In this document: in pieces, positions 6,701 through 14,863 of the stretch
Numbering within the stretch: position 1 is the first letter of the stretch
Layout of the letters: every line of letters begins with the position of its first letter
Assembly (NCBI GenBank): GCA_900319255.1
Contig: ONNU01000158.1
Location: forward strand, 1-32,180
From: an uncultured Eubacteriales bacterium
GTDB taxonomy: Bacteria; Bacillota; Clostridia; Oscillospirales; Acutalibacteraceae
Reading direction: 5' to 3'
Length of the DNA: 32,180 nucleotides
The notes under the pieces: model-generated
Database searches by the model: none
What the model saw: the letters and a program-made list of their open reading frames with translations, nothing else
Told to the model about the DNA's origin: nothing
Position numbers and translations under genes: made by a program

Positions 6701-9700
6701 TTGCATATGTTCCTGTAAAGCTGCTGCATAAGATGTTTGAAGCTGCGGCAGATAAATATCCGGAGAAGACCTCCCTTATCGCATGTGATCGTTCTCTTAC
6801 CCTTGCGGAGCTTGAAAGCGAAGCTAACAGAACTGCAAATGCGCTGATCTCCAGGGGTTTCAAAAAGGGAGAATGCGCAGTCATCATGCTCAGCCGCACC
6901 TCACGCTTTTTTGCAGCGCTGTTCGGTGTTCTGAAAGCGGGAGGAGCGTTCATTCCCACAGACCCGGCATATCCTGCGGAGCGTATTCACAGCGTACTTG
7001 ATGACAGCGAGGCGCGCTTTGTTATCACAGACGAGCCGAATGAAGAGTATGATAACTGTGTTACCATAGACGAGCTTCTTTCCTGCGCAGATGATACAAG
7101 ACCGGAAATCGAGGTAAGCCCTGATGATCTTGCATATATGATCTACACCTCCGGCTCCACCGGAAAGCCAAAGGGCGTAATGCTGCGCCACATCGGCATA
7201 TGCAGCTATCTTACCCCGAATAAAGCAAATCTCCATATGCAGTATCTTTACGATCATATCAGCACCTATCTTTCCATAACAACGGTCGCATTTGATATGT
7301 CATTCAAGGAGCACTGTGCCACCCTGTGCAACGGCAAAACGCTGGTATTTGCTTCTGATGAAGAAATGAACAACCCCAAGCTTCTTGCGGAGCTTATGGA
7401 TAAATACAAGGTCGACTGCATCAACGCTACTCCGTCAAGACTTCAGCAGTATCTGTTTGTTGAAGCCTTCCGCAGATCAATTGCAAACTGTAAATGCGTG
7501 ATATCCGGCGGCGAGGGCTATCCGCTGGCGCTGCTTAAAAATTTAAAGGAGTATGCGCCGGATGCCTGCATTTTCAATACCTATGGACCGACTGAGATCA
7601 CCGTTTCCTCAAATGTTGCTGATCTGACCCATGCAGAACAGATCTCCGTCGGCAGACCTCTGCTCAACTATATTGAATATATCGTGGATAAAAACGGCAG
7701 TCTTGCGCCCTTCGGCGTTACAGGCGAGCTTTATATCGGCGGTATCGGTGTAGCAAAGGGCTATAAAAATCTGCCGGATAAAACCGCAGCCTCATTTGTT
7801 GATTACCGCGGTCAGCGCATTTACCGTTCCGGCGATTTTGCAAAATGGGACAAGGACGGCAATGTGCTGATACTTGGCAGAATGGACAACCAGGTCAAGC
7901 TGCGCGGACTGCGTATTGAGCTTGGCGAGATAGAAAGCGTAATTGAAAGCTATGACGGAATAAAGGAAGTAGCCGTTGCTATAAAAACCATAGCAGGAAC
8001 GGAGCACATTGCGGCGTATTACACAGCGGATTCTGAAACAGACCCGAACGCCGTCAGAGAATATGCCGCATCAAAGCTGACACATTATATGGTTCCCACA
8101 GCTTATCTGCAGCTTAAAGAAATGCCGTATACGCTCAACGGCAAAAAGGATATGAAAAACCTGCCCGAGCCGCAGCTTCTCAAAAATTCCGCTCCGGATA
8201 GCAGCTCACGCAAGCTGACTAAATTTGAAAAAGAGCTTTGCGGGATCGCCGGAAAAGCGATCGGCTCAGAAGTAACGGACGTTTCTTCAAGCCTTGTAAG
8301 TCTCGGACTTACCTCGCTGAATGCAATTGCATTTACGACCTTTGTCGAGGAAAAATACGGCTGTGATATCCCGGTAGGAAAGATAATGCACGGCATGAGT
8401 ATTATTGAAGCAGAGGATCTGATCTATGATCACCTGATGCAGGGCGGCGCAGGAAAAGCAGAAGCAGACCTGCAGGCTGATATCCAGGAAACCTATCCGC
8501 TTTCAAATAATCAGCTCGGAGTTTATTACGAGGTCATGAAAAAGCCCGAGGAGCTTATGTATAATATGCCCCTTTGTTATTGCTTTGAAAGCGTAGATGC
8601 ATACAGACTGAAGGCTGCGCTTCTGAAGGCACTCGCAGCTCATTCCTATATGAACACGCACATCGAGATCAGAAGCGGCAACCTTGTTCAGGTAAGAAAT
8701 GATAATGCTGATCCCGTGATCCCGATAACCGAAATGACATATGAAGAGCTTGAAAAACGTAAAAATGAATTTGTACGCCCGTTTAATCTTCATTCGGATC
8801 TGCTCTACCGTTTTGAGATCATAAAGTCAGACAGCAGGACATATCTGCTTTCCGATATTCACCATATAATCTTTGATGGTCTTTCACGGGGAGTATTTAT
8901 GGATGCAGTTTCAAAGGCTTATGCAGGCGAAGAGCCGGGAAAAGAAAAGCTGAGCTATTTTGAATATGCATTGAATGAGAATAAGGAAAAGGATTCCGAA
9001 AGCTATCGTGAGTCAGAAAAATACTTCTCCGATATGCTCAGTAAATTTGAATCTGTCAGTGAGATCCCTGCTGATAAGAAGGGACGCTCAGAGGACGGAC
9101 GCATTGGTGTTGTGGAAGTGCCGATGGAGCGTGACGCAATGGAGCAGTTCTGCCGGAAGAATTCAGTAACGCCGTCGTCATTGTTCCTTGCTGCGACCTT
9201 CTACACAGTTTCACGCTTTACCAACAGCAGGAATGTCTATATCTCCACAATTTCCGGAGGCAGAAATGACAGCAAGGTGCGCAGGACTATCGGAATGTTC
9301 GTACATACCCTGCCGCTTCATATGAGCTTTGAAAAGGATATTACAGCAGGAGAGCTTATCGAAAGCTCAAATCAGGCAATGCTTCTCGATGTGGAGCATG
9401 AAAACTATCCGTTTATGCAGCTTGCTGATAAATTCGGCTATTCCACGGAGATTATGTATGAATGCCAGCTCGGTGTAGGCGGGGCAAAGCGTACTGTAGG
9501 CGATGCTGAATATTCCACAGAGTTCATGAAGCTTGAAACGCCGAAATTCAAGGTGACCATCGCCATAGAGGACAGAGCAGACGGAATTGCTGTTTCCATA
9601 CGCTATAACGATGCGGTATATACAAGAGAATATATGCTCACTCTCGCTGATTCTATAAAAAATGCAGCTCAGAGAATGATCACAGATGCGTCAGCATCCG

Positions 9701-12700
9701 TAAGGGAAATATCTCTTCTCAGCGACAGCGAACAGCAGGAGATGGAATCCATCAGCTGCACAGCCTGCGAAGAGCCTGCATCAGAGCTGCTTCATAAGCT
9801 TTTTGAAAAGAGCGCTGCTGAAAATCCCGATAATACGGCATTGATCGCTTGTGACGCTTCGCTGACCTATACACAGCTGAATCAGAATGCCAACCGTATC
9901 GCTCATATGCTGATAAATGCCGGTGTAAAGCCAAGGGACAGCGTAGTATTGCTGCTTCCCCGCAGAAGCTATTATTTTGCTTCGCTGTTCGGCGTGCTGA
10001 AAGCGGGCGCAGCATTTATCCCCTGCGATCCCGAATATCCTGCTGACAGGATCAGGCATATTATCGGTGACTCAGACGCAGCATTCATAATCACGACCGA
10101 AGATCATATGTCTGATTATCCTGCTGAAAAGGCATTGCTGATAGACGATCTTCTTCTCGGTAACGAAACGGATAATCCCGATGTTGAGATCAGCGGCAGT
10201 GACCTTGCATATATGATCTACACCTCAGGCTCTACAGGCAAGCCCAAGGGCGTAATGCTCACACATAAGGGCATATGCAGCTTCTGCACGACACACAGCG
10301 CAAATATCCTGTATCAGCTTGTAGAAAAGGAAATCAATACAATGCTGGCAGTGACCACTGTATCCTTTGACCTTTCATTAAAGGATACAGTAGGCATACT
10401 GTGCAGCGGCAGGACGGTCGTTTTCGCTTCTGAAACAGAAATGAATGACCCGCGTGCGCTTAAGCTGCTTATCGAAAGCAATAACGCCGATGCAATGAAC
10501 GCTACCCCGTCACGCTATCTGCAATATATGGAATACGAGCCTTTCAGAAAGGCTCTCAGCCGCTGCAAGCTGGTAATGGCAGGCGGCGAAGCATTCCCTG
10601 CAGCTCTGATGGAGCAGCTGAAGGAGCTTGGCATCCCGAATATCATCAATACCTACGGACCCACTGAAACCACTATTTCAAGCAATATGGCATTCCTGCA
10701 AAACGCAGATCATGTATCCGTGGGAAGACCGCTGCTCAATTACCATGAGTATATAGTGGATATTGACGGAAACCCTGTTCCAAAGGGAGTGACAGGCGAG
10801 CTTCTTATCGGAGGCTATGGCGTTGCGAGAGGCTATAAGAATCTGGATGAGCAGACTGCTGCAAGATTCATCGACTACCGCGGCGAGCGTGTCTATAAAT
10901 CAGGCGATTATGCAAAATGGGACAGCGATGGCAATGTTATCATACTTGGCAGAATGGATAACCAGGTCAAGCTGCGGGGACTGCGTATCGAGCTTGGCGA
11001 GATCGAGGGTCTTATCGACGAGCAGCCTCATATCAAGAAAGCTGTGGTTGTCATTAAAAAGCTTGCGGGCGTTGAAAACCTCTGCGCTTATTATACAGCC
11101 GATTGTGAGATCAAGCCCGAGGAGCTTAAACAGGAGCTTGCAAAATCCCTGACCCATTATATGGTCCCGACAGCTTATCTGCAGCTTGATACCATGCCGG
11201 TGACACCAAACGGCAAGACCGATCTGAAAGCGCTTCCCGATCCGGTAGCAGTTACCTCAGGCGAGTATTCTGCGCCGAAAAATGAAACAGAGGAATATTT
11301 CTGCGGGCTGTTCAAAAAGGTATTGAAGCTTGAAAAGGTAGGAGCAACCGACAGCTTCTTTGAGATCGGCGGCACATCGCTGCTTGTCACCTCTGTTGTC
11401 ATTGAAGCAGCTGAGAACGGCTATGAGATAACCTATGGCGATATTTTCCGCAAGACCACTCCCCGGGAGCTTGCAGAGATGTTCACATCAGAGGACGCAG
11501 ACGAAGGTGTTCGTATCGTTGATTTTGATAATTACGATTATTCAAAAATCAATGAAATGCTTACTCATAACAATATAAAAACTCTTTGCGAGGGCGAACA
11601 GCGACCCATCGGAAATATCATGCTCACGGGAGCTACCGGCTTTATGGGAGCACATGTTCTTGCTCATTATCTTAGCAGCGAGACCGGCAGAGCTTATTGT
11701 CTTATCAGAAAAGGAAAATTCGATTCACCCAAAGAGCGTCTGAAAAACATTTTCTTCTATTATTTTGAAAGCGAGCTGGAGAATGAATTTGACAGCCGCG
11801 TTACGGTATTGGACGGCGATGTTACCAATTACGATCAGTTCGTTCCCTTTGAAACGCTGCCCATCGACACCGTTTTCAACTGCGCTGCCAATGTCAAGCA
11901 TTTCTCCAACGGAACGGATATTGAGGATGTCAATGTAGGCGGCGCGCAGAACTGCGTAAAGCTTTGTAAAAAGATCGGCGCAAGGCTTATACATTTCTCC
12001 ACCACCAGCGTATGCGGCGCAAGCGTGGATAATCAGCCTCCCGCAGGCACTGTGCTTGACGAACAGTCACTTTATATCGGACAAAGACTGGATACCAAGT
12101 ATACCAATTCAAAGCTTCTTTCCGAGCGCGTAGTTCTTGAAGCAGTGGCAGATAATAAGCTTGATGCAAAGGTCATCCGTGTGGGTACTCTTTCCGCGAG
12201 AGAAAAAGACGGTGAATTCCAGATCAATTTCCTTACCAATAACTTTATGGGACGCCTGCGTTCATTTGAGATCATCGGCTGTTTCCCGTATTCCATGATA
12301 AATTCACCCGTATGCCTGAGTCCTATTGACGAAAGCGCAAAGGCATTTTTCGCGCTTGCAAAAACGCCGAAGGAATGTTGTCTGTTCAACTGCACCAATA
12401 ACCATTCTGTACCTCTTGCCGATATAATAACCCAGATGCAGAGATCAGGAATGAACGTAAAGCTCACAGATGATAATGTATTTGCAGAAGCCTTGTCCGC
12501 TGCCGAAAAGGATCCGCAGAAGGCTGCCATTCTTTCAAGTATGCTTGCCTATAAGAATATGGCGCACGGAAAAATGCTTGTTCCGATCCTTCCTGTGAAT
12601 AACTATACAACACAGGCGCTGGCAAAAATGGGATTCCTGTGGAAGCCCAGCAGCGAGAAATATATGCTTGATTTCATTGCTGCGCTTTCATCCCTTGACT

Positions 12701-12729
12701 TCTTTGACAATACTAATCTGAGCAGGTAA
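3724..12729 (+). CDS. Trimodular NRPS with terminal reductase: A-T-C-A-T-C-A-T-R
   Basis: 3001 aa; RBS AAGGAGAGG at 3711-3719. A3 motifs: LIYTSGSTGNPKG (about 4120-4160) and AYMIYTSGSTGKPKG (about 7132-7180 and 10204-10255). A10 is NGK-x-D. Carrier Ser codons: 5269-5271 (GGDS), 8314-8316 (GLTS), 11377-11379 (GGTS). HHxxxDG at 5785-5805 and 8860-8880. Reductase motifs GATGFMG (11629-11649) and YTNSK (12100-12114). Confidence 0.97.
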   Translation: MSKLTGKLKTVFEDYCDKTAVTESFSGRSITYRELDILSGKIAAKLKADGIGKNDIVPILLPRSFEYIAAEIGAIKAGCAYAPLLDEYPAERIEYICSDCGAKLVIDEKYLSLSAELDPLTEYGDNAENDKALLIYTSGSTGNPKGVIHTHNSFYEGVRRNILNNGMSKSDRTLGIINFSFALSVDEVYDTIFSGAELFMLDNEERKDIRFVKSAIIDNHVTALYINPNMLKRLDLHGSSLRVAQTVGERLSDFYSDEYKIINVYGASETLCALAFELDKAYDNTPVGKAVDSFRAYIIDENGNEAAPGAEGEICVAGALSDGYLNLDEQTAAAFSKNPFSDDEGFRTIYHTNDIGKMLPDGNIIYVNRKDWMVKVNGQRVETGEIEVRIAADVEAVETAVVKAFENEYGMTYLAAYYQVRKGMSVTSEEIEAVLRKKLPDYMIPRFFTEMDKIPLNANGKVDRKSILPPQAASFKEEYAAPENETEKILCTAFEKILRCGQVGINDDFFALGGDSLLAMNLQLDCGLPGLSTEMIFAGKTPRRIAEKLLSSAPAAAFAAEKLSEYPLNPFERGMYIEQKLTPGSTMYNLIGFYEVSGASAESIRAALEEIFRSHEAFHSVYREKDGTILRVLVDEIPDITIEKTDDIREGYEAAKALSKPYDLSAGIPARAVIYTDGQSCLVALLYHHIMFDGGSDGIFARELLSRLSGGTLITDNYDLSAASQEDKEAAYDQGFEKYREMYSDGVPVTELPLKKSRPMYHPHSDTNRQFIIDGDSLQNLRQAAKEKKTTIFNILLASLAATTAKYTASEDVVIGVPVNERDSLTQNTIGMFVNTAPLRIRPVHDRSADEYLMEVSDTVSSFIKENHCPYDRLVAELVKERSDSRNPLFDVGINYIPMRKEYENGGISIRTSYILQSSGKDINFVMQAEESRITCYAQYSSELFDDDIISNFIEQFIFTAENLCSGAGTVQEAAKLPLIQKKALESFSTSSLAYVPVKLLHKMFEAAADKYPEKTSLIACDRSLTLAELESEANRTANALISRGFKKGECAVIMLSRTSRFFAALFGVLKAGGAFIPTDPAYPAERIHSVLDDSEARFVITDEPNEEYDNCVTIDELLSCADDTRPEIEVSPDDLAYMIYTSGSTGKPKGVMLRHIGICSYLTPNKANLHMQYLYDHISTYLSITTVAFDMSFKEHCATLCNGKTLVFASDEEMNNPKLLAELMDKYKVDCINATPSRLQQYLFVEAFRRSIANCKCVISGGEGYPLALLKNLKEYAPDACIFNTYGPTEITVSSNVADLTHAEQISVGRPLLNYIEYIVDKNGSLAPFGVTGELYIGGIGVAKGYKNLPDKTAASFVDYRGQRIYRSGDFAKWDKDGNVLILGRMDNQVKLRGLRIELGEIESVIESYDGIKEVAVAIKTIAGTEHIAAYYTADSETDPNAVREYAASKLTHYMVPTAYLQLKEMPYTLNGKKDMKNLPEPQLLKNSAPDSSSRKLTKFEKELCGIAGKAIGSEVTDVSSSLVSLGLTSLNAIAFTTFVEEKYGCDIPVGKIMHGMSIIEAEDLIYDHLMQGGAGKAEADLQADIQETYPLSNNQLGVYYEVMKKPEELMYNMPLCYCFESVDAYRLKAALLKALAAHSYMNTHIEIRSGNLVQVRNDNADPVIPITEMTYEELEKRKNEFVRPFNLHSDLLYRFEIIKSDSRTYLLSDIHHIIFDGLSRGVFMDAVSKAYAGEEPGKEKLSYFEYALNENKEKDSESYRESEKYFSDMLSKFESVSEIPADKKGRSEDGRIGVVEVPMERDAMEQFCRKNSVTPSSLFLAATFYTVSRFTNSRNVYISTISGGRNDSKVRRTIGMFVHTLPLHMSFEKDITAGELIESSNQAMLLDVEHENYPFMQLADKFGYSTEIMYECQLGVGGAKRTVGDAEYSTEFMKLETPKFKVTIAIEDRADGIAVSIRYNDAVYTREYMLTLADSIKNAAQRMITDASASVREISLLSDSEQQEMESISCTACEEPASELLHKLFEKSAAENPDNTALIACDASLTYTQLNQNANRIAHMLINAGVKPRDSVVLLLPRRSYYFASLFGVLKAGAAFIPCDPEYPADRIRHIIGDSDAAFIITTEDHMSDYPAEKALLIDDLLLGNETDNPDVEISGSDLAYMIYTSGSTGKPKGVMLTHKGICSFCTTHSANILYQLVEKEINTMLAVTTVSFDLSLKDTVGILCSGRTVVFASETEMNDPRALKLLIESNNADAMNATPSRYLQYMEYEPFRKALSRCKLVMAGGEAFPAALMEQLKELGIPNIINTYGPTETTISSNMAFLQNADHVSVGRPLLNYHEYIVDIDGNPVPKGVTGELLIGGYGVARGYKNLDEQTAARFIDYRGERVYKSGDYAKWDSDGNVIILGRMDNQVKLRGLRIELGEIEGLIDEQPHIKKAVVVIKKLAGVENLCAYYTADCEIKPEELKQELAKSLTHYMVPTAYLQLDTMPVTPNGKTDLKALPDPVAVTSGEYSAPKNETEEYFCGLFKKVLKLEKVGATDSFFEIGGTSLLVTSVVIEAAENGYEITYGDIFRKTTPRELAEMFTSEDADEGVRIVDFDNYDYSKINEMLTHNNIKTLCEGEQRPIGNIMLTGATGFMGAHVLAHYLSSETGRAYCLIRKGKFDSPKERLKNIFFYYFESELENEFDSRVTVLDGDVTNYDQFVPFETLPIDTVFNCAANVKHFSNGTDIEDVNVGGAQNCVKLCKKIGARLIHFSTTSVCGASVDNQPPAGTVLDEQSLYIGQRLDTKYTNSKLLSERVVLEAVADNKLDAKVIRVGTLSAREKDGEFQINFLTNNFMGRLRSFEIIGCFPYSMINSPVCLSPIDESAKAFFALAKTPKECCLFNCTNNHSVPLADIITQMQRSGMNVKLTDDNVFAEALSAAEKDPQKAAILSSMLAYKNMAHGKMLVPILPVNNYTTQALAKMGFLWKPSSEKYMLDFIAALSSLDFFDNTNLSR
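11605..12726 (+). other. Terminal SDR-type thioester reductase (R) domain of NRPS 1
   Basis: Rossmann motif LTGATGFMGAHVL, then HFSTTSV, then YTNSK (Y-x-x-x-K). No thioesterase motif follows the last carrier domain. Confidence 0.85.
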
Positions 12730-12734
12730 AAGCT

Positions 12735-14465
12735 ATGAAAAGAAAAGGAACTTTGCTACGAAATAAATTCAATGAGTATCTGATGTCCACCCTTGCCATG
12801 AGCGCATCGCTGTACCTTGCTGCTATTGTCGATAATATCATGGTGGGTAATATTCTCGGCACAGATGCTCTTGCGGCGGTGAATCTTACATCCCCGCTTG
12901 TCTATGTCAAAAATATCGTTTTCAGCATTTTCATCTACGGCGGCAATACGCTTGTCGCCATGTACAAGGGCAAACGCGATAATAAAAGCGCTGACAAGGC
13001 ATTTACATTTTCGCTGCTGTTCGGAATAATCGCATCAACGATCGTGATGACTGCCGGTATTCTTTTAGCTCAGCCAACTGCTACGTTCCTGTCGCAGGGG
13101 GGAGCGCTGTATGAAAATGCATTTGCGTATATCATTCCCCTGTGGGCAAGCGGACCGCTGATTGTTCTCAACAGCGGCTCTGCTGCCTATGTCAGGACAG
13201 ACGGTCTGAAAAAGCTTGCGATAGCCCTCCCCATATCTTCCAATGTAATCAATCTTGCGTGCGATTATATTTTTATGAAATGGTTCGGCTGGGGTGTTGC
13301 AGGCGCAGGATGGGCAACGGTTGTAGGCTATGCTATCGGCTCATTCCTTCTGATCATTTACTTTACTTCAAAGCAGCGCACCGTGCATTTTGTAAAGGTG
13401 TCATTCAGGGATATAAAGCAGCTTGCGGGAGTTCTTCAGACCGGACTTCCCACAGCGCTTATCCATGTCTGCAATGCTGTCCGCACCTATACGGTCAACG
13501 GCGTTATCCTTGCATCAGCAGGAACAGTGGGAATGCAGGTGGTAACGATCTGTTTGTCAGCGTTCAATGTTGCGCTGATCTTCATAAACGGCTCTGCAAC
13601 AACGCTTATGCCTATCTGCGGCGCCCTTTACGGAGAGCGTGACAATAACGGCGTCAGATATGTATTAAAGTTTTCGCTCATTGTCACGGAGATTATGTGC
13701 TTTGTTGTTCTTGCGGTGTTTGAGCTTTTTCCGGTGGCAGTCGGCGGATTGTTCGGAAAGCTTTCTCCCGAGACCGCCGCGCAGCTTGAGGGCGCTTTGC
13801 GTATATTCTCGGTCTGCATACCCTTCTATGGTATCTCCTATATTTTAAGAGCCTTCTATCAGTCAACCAAACAGCGGGGAGCTGCTTCACTCTTTACAAT
13901 ACTTGAGGGCGTGGTATTCATCGTTCCGATGATCTATATTTTCTCCAGAACCAGTCAGACGCTGATGTGGCTGTCCTTTGCATTGGCAGAGATAGCTGCG
14001 ATCATCACTACTGCGCTTACCATGCAGATCATTGCAAAGCGCAAAAAGCTCGGCAGCTTCCTTATGATAGACAGCTCCGGTGAATCGGGAGTGCTGGATA
14101 TGACGATAGATAATGAGGTCGAAAGCGCCGTTGTCGCATCGAGAAAGATCAGGAAATTCTGTAATGAAAATAATATCAGCGATACCCTCAGCACGATACT
14201 GACCGTTACCTCTGAGGAGCTTGCAGTCAACGCTGCAAAATATGCCTACAAAGGTAAAAGCGAAATTGATGTCTGCCTGAGAATTCTCGAAAACAAACTG
14301 GTGCTGAGATTCAGGGATAACGGTATGATATTCAATCCCACAGAATATATAGACGACTCGGGAAAAGAAGTCACCGGACTTCTGGTTGTCCGCAAGCTCA
14401 CTCCTGATATCAGCTATAACCGTGTTCTTGGCTTCAATGTTACTGTTGTTACTCTTGACAGATGA
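12735..14465 (+). CDS. MATE-family efflux transporter fused to a C-terminal RsbW/SpoIIAB-like domain, paralog 1
   Basis: 576 aa; starts 5 nt after the NRPS stop. The N-terminal ~445 aa are multi-helix with a MATE-like start (LAAIVDNIMVGNILGTDALAAVNL). After a KRKK stretch the tail reads SEELAVNAAKYAYKG and RFRDNGMIFNPTEYIDDSG. Confidence 0.88.
   Translation: MKRKGTLLRNKFNEYLMSTLAMSASLYLAAIVDNIMVGNILGTDALAAVNLTSPLVYVKNIVFSIFIYGGNTLVAMYKGKRDNKSADKAFTFSLLFGIIASTIVMTAGILLAQPTATFLSQGGALYENAFAYIIPLWASGPLIVLNSGSAAYVRTDGLKKLAIALPISSNVINLACDYIFMKWFGWGVAGAGWATVVGYAIGSFLLIIYFTSKQRTVHFVKVSFRDIKQLAGVLQTGLPTALIHVCNAVRTYTVNGVILASAGTVGMQVVTICLSAFNVALIFINGSATTLMPICGALYGERDNNGVRYVLKFSLIVTEIMCFVVLAVFELFPVAVGGLFGKLSPETAAQLEGALRIFSVCIPFYGISYILRAFYQSTKQRGAASLFTILEGVVFIVPMIYIFSRTSQTLMWLSFALAEIAAIITTALTMQIIAKRKKLGSFLMIDSSGESGVLDMTIDNEVESAVVASRKIRKFCNENNISDTLSTILTVTSEELAVNAAKYAYKGKSEIDVCLRILENKLVLRFRDNGMIFNPTEYIDDSGKEVTGLLVVRKLTPDISYNRVLGFNVTVVTLDR
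14093..14462 (+). other. RsbW/SpoIIAB-like (HATPase_c_2-type) tail domain of exporter 1
   Basis: N-box-like EELAVNAAKYAY and G1-like DNG. The lid region has only one Gly (EVTGLLVVRKL). Boundaries are approximate. Confidence 0.7.
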
Positions 14466-14519
14466 AAGCAACCCCGGCAAATAATAATAGCCGTATAAAA
14501 TAGTTTATATCTATATGCT

Positions 14520-14577
14520 CCGACTCCCGTAGATCAGAAATAGCACTGATTTTCAGGGTGTCGGGGCGTTTTCTTTT
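14520..14577 (+). terminator. Probable rho-independent terminator ending operon 1
   Basis: CCGACTCCC (14520-14528) pairs with GGGTGTCGG (14556-14564) with one mismatch. There is inner ATCAG/CTGAT pairing, followed by GGCGTTTTCTTTT. Confidence 0.55.
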
Positions 14578-14608
14578 ATCGCCGCAGACGTTTTCAGAGT
14601 AATGAATT

Positions 14609-14710
14609 ATTAAATTTTTGTAACAATTCTTTATTAGATAAAAATAGCCTGTTTTTGTTACGCTTTTGTACGCTTTTTAATGTATAATATATATAATGCA
14701 TAAAAAATCA
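14609..14710 (+). promoter_or_regulatory. Conserved operon-2 promoter/operator block (copy 2 of 2)
   Basis: TTGTAACAA (14618-14626), TTGTTAC (14655-14661), TTGTACG (14666-14672) and TATAAT (14683-14688). The 11-bp phasing and the 17-bp distance from the proximal box to the -10 are the same as in copy 1. Confidence 0.7.
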
Positions 14711-14863
14711 GGATAGTCAGATATTCTGATTAGGATATTTTATTATTCTGTGAATATGATGTATCATTTTCACTTTCCACTGATGTGAGCTTTGTTTTGT
14801 ACGGCGGACGTGGGAATGATACTTCAGCAATAACCAGAAAAAACTAAGAAAGAGGTATTTGCT

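Noticed and set aside
13142-14480. ORFs 13142-13642 (+) and 13887-14480 (-) overlapping exporter 1.
   Set aside because: These are alternate-frame or antisense reads of a transporter gene whose own frame gives a coherent hydrophobic-helix pattern plus the ATPase-like tail. There is no independent support.
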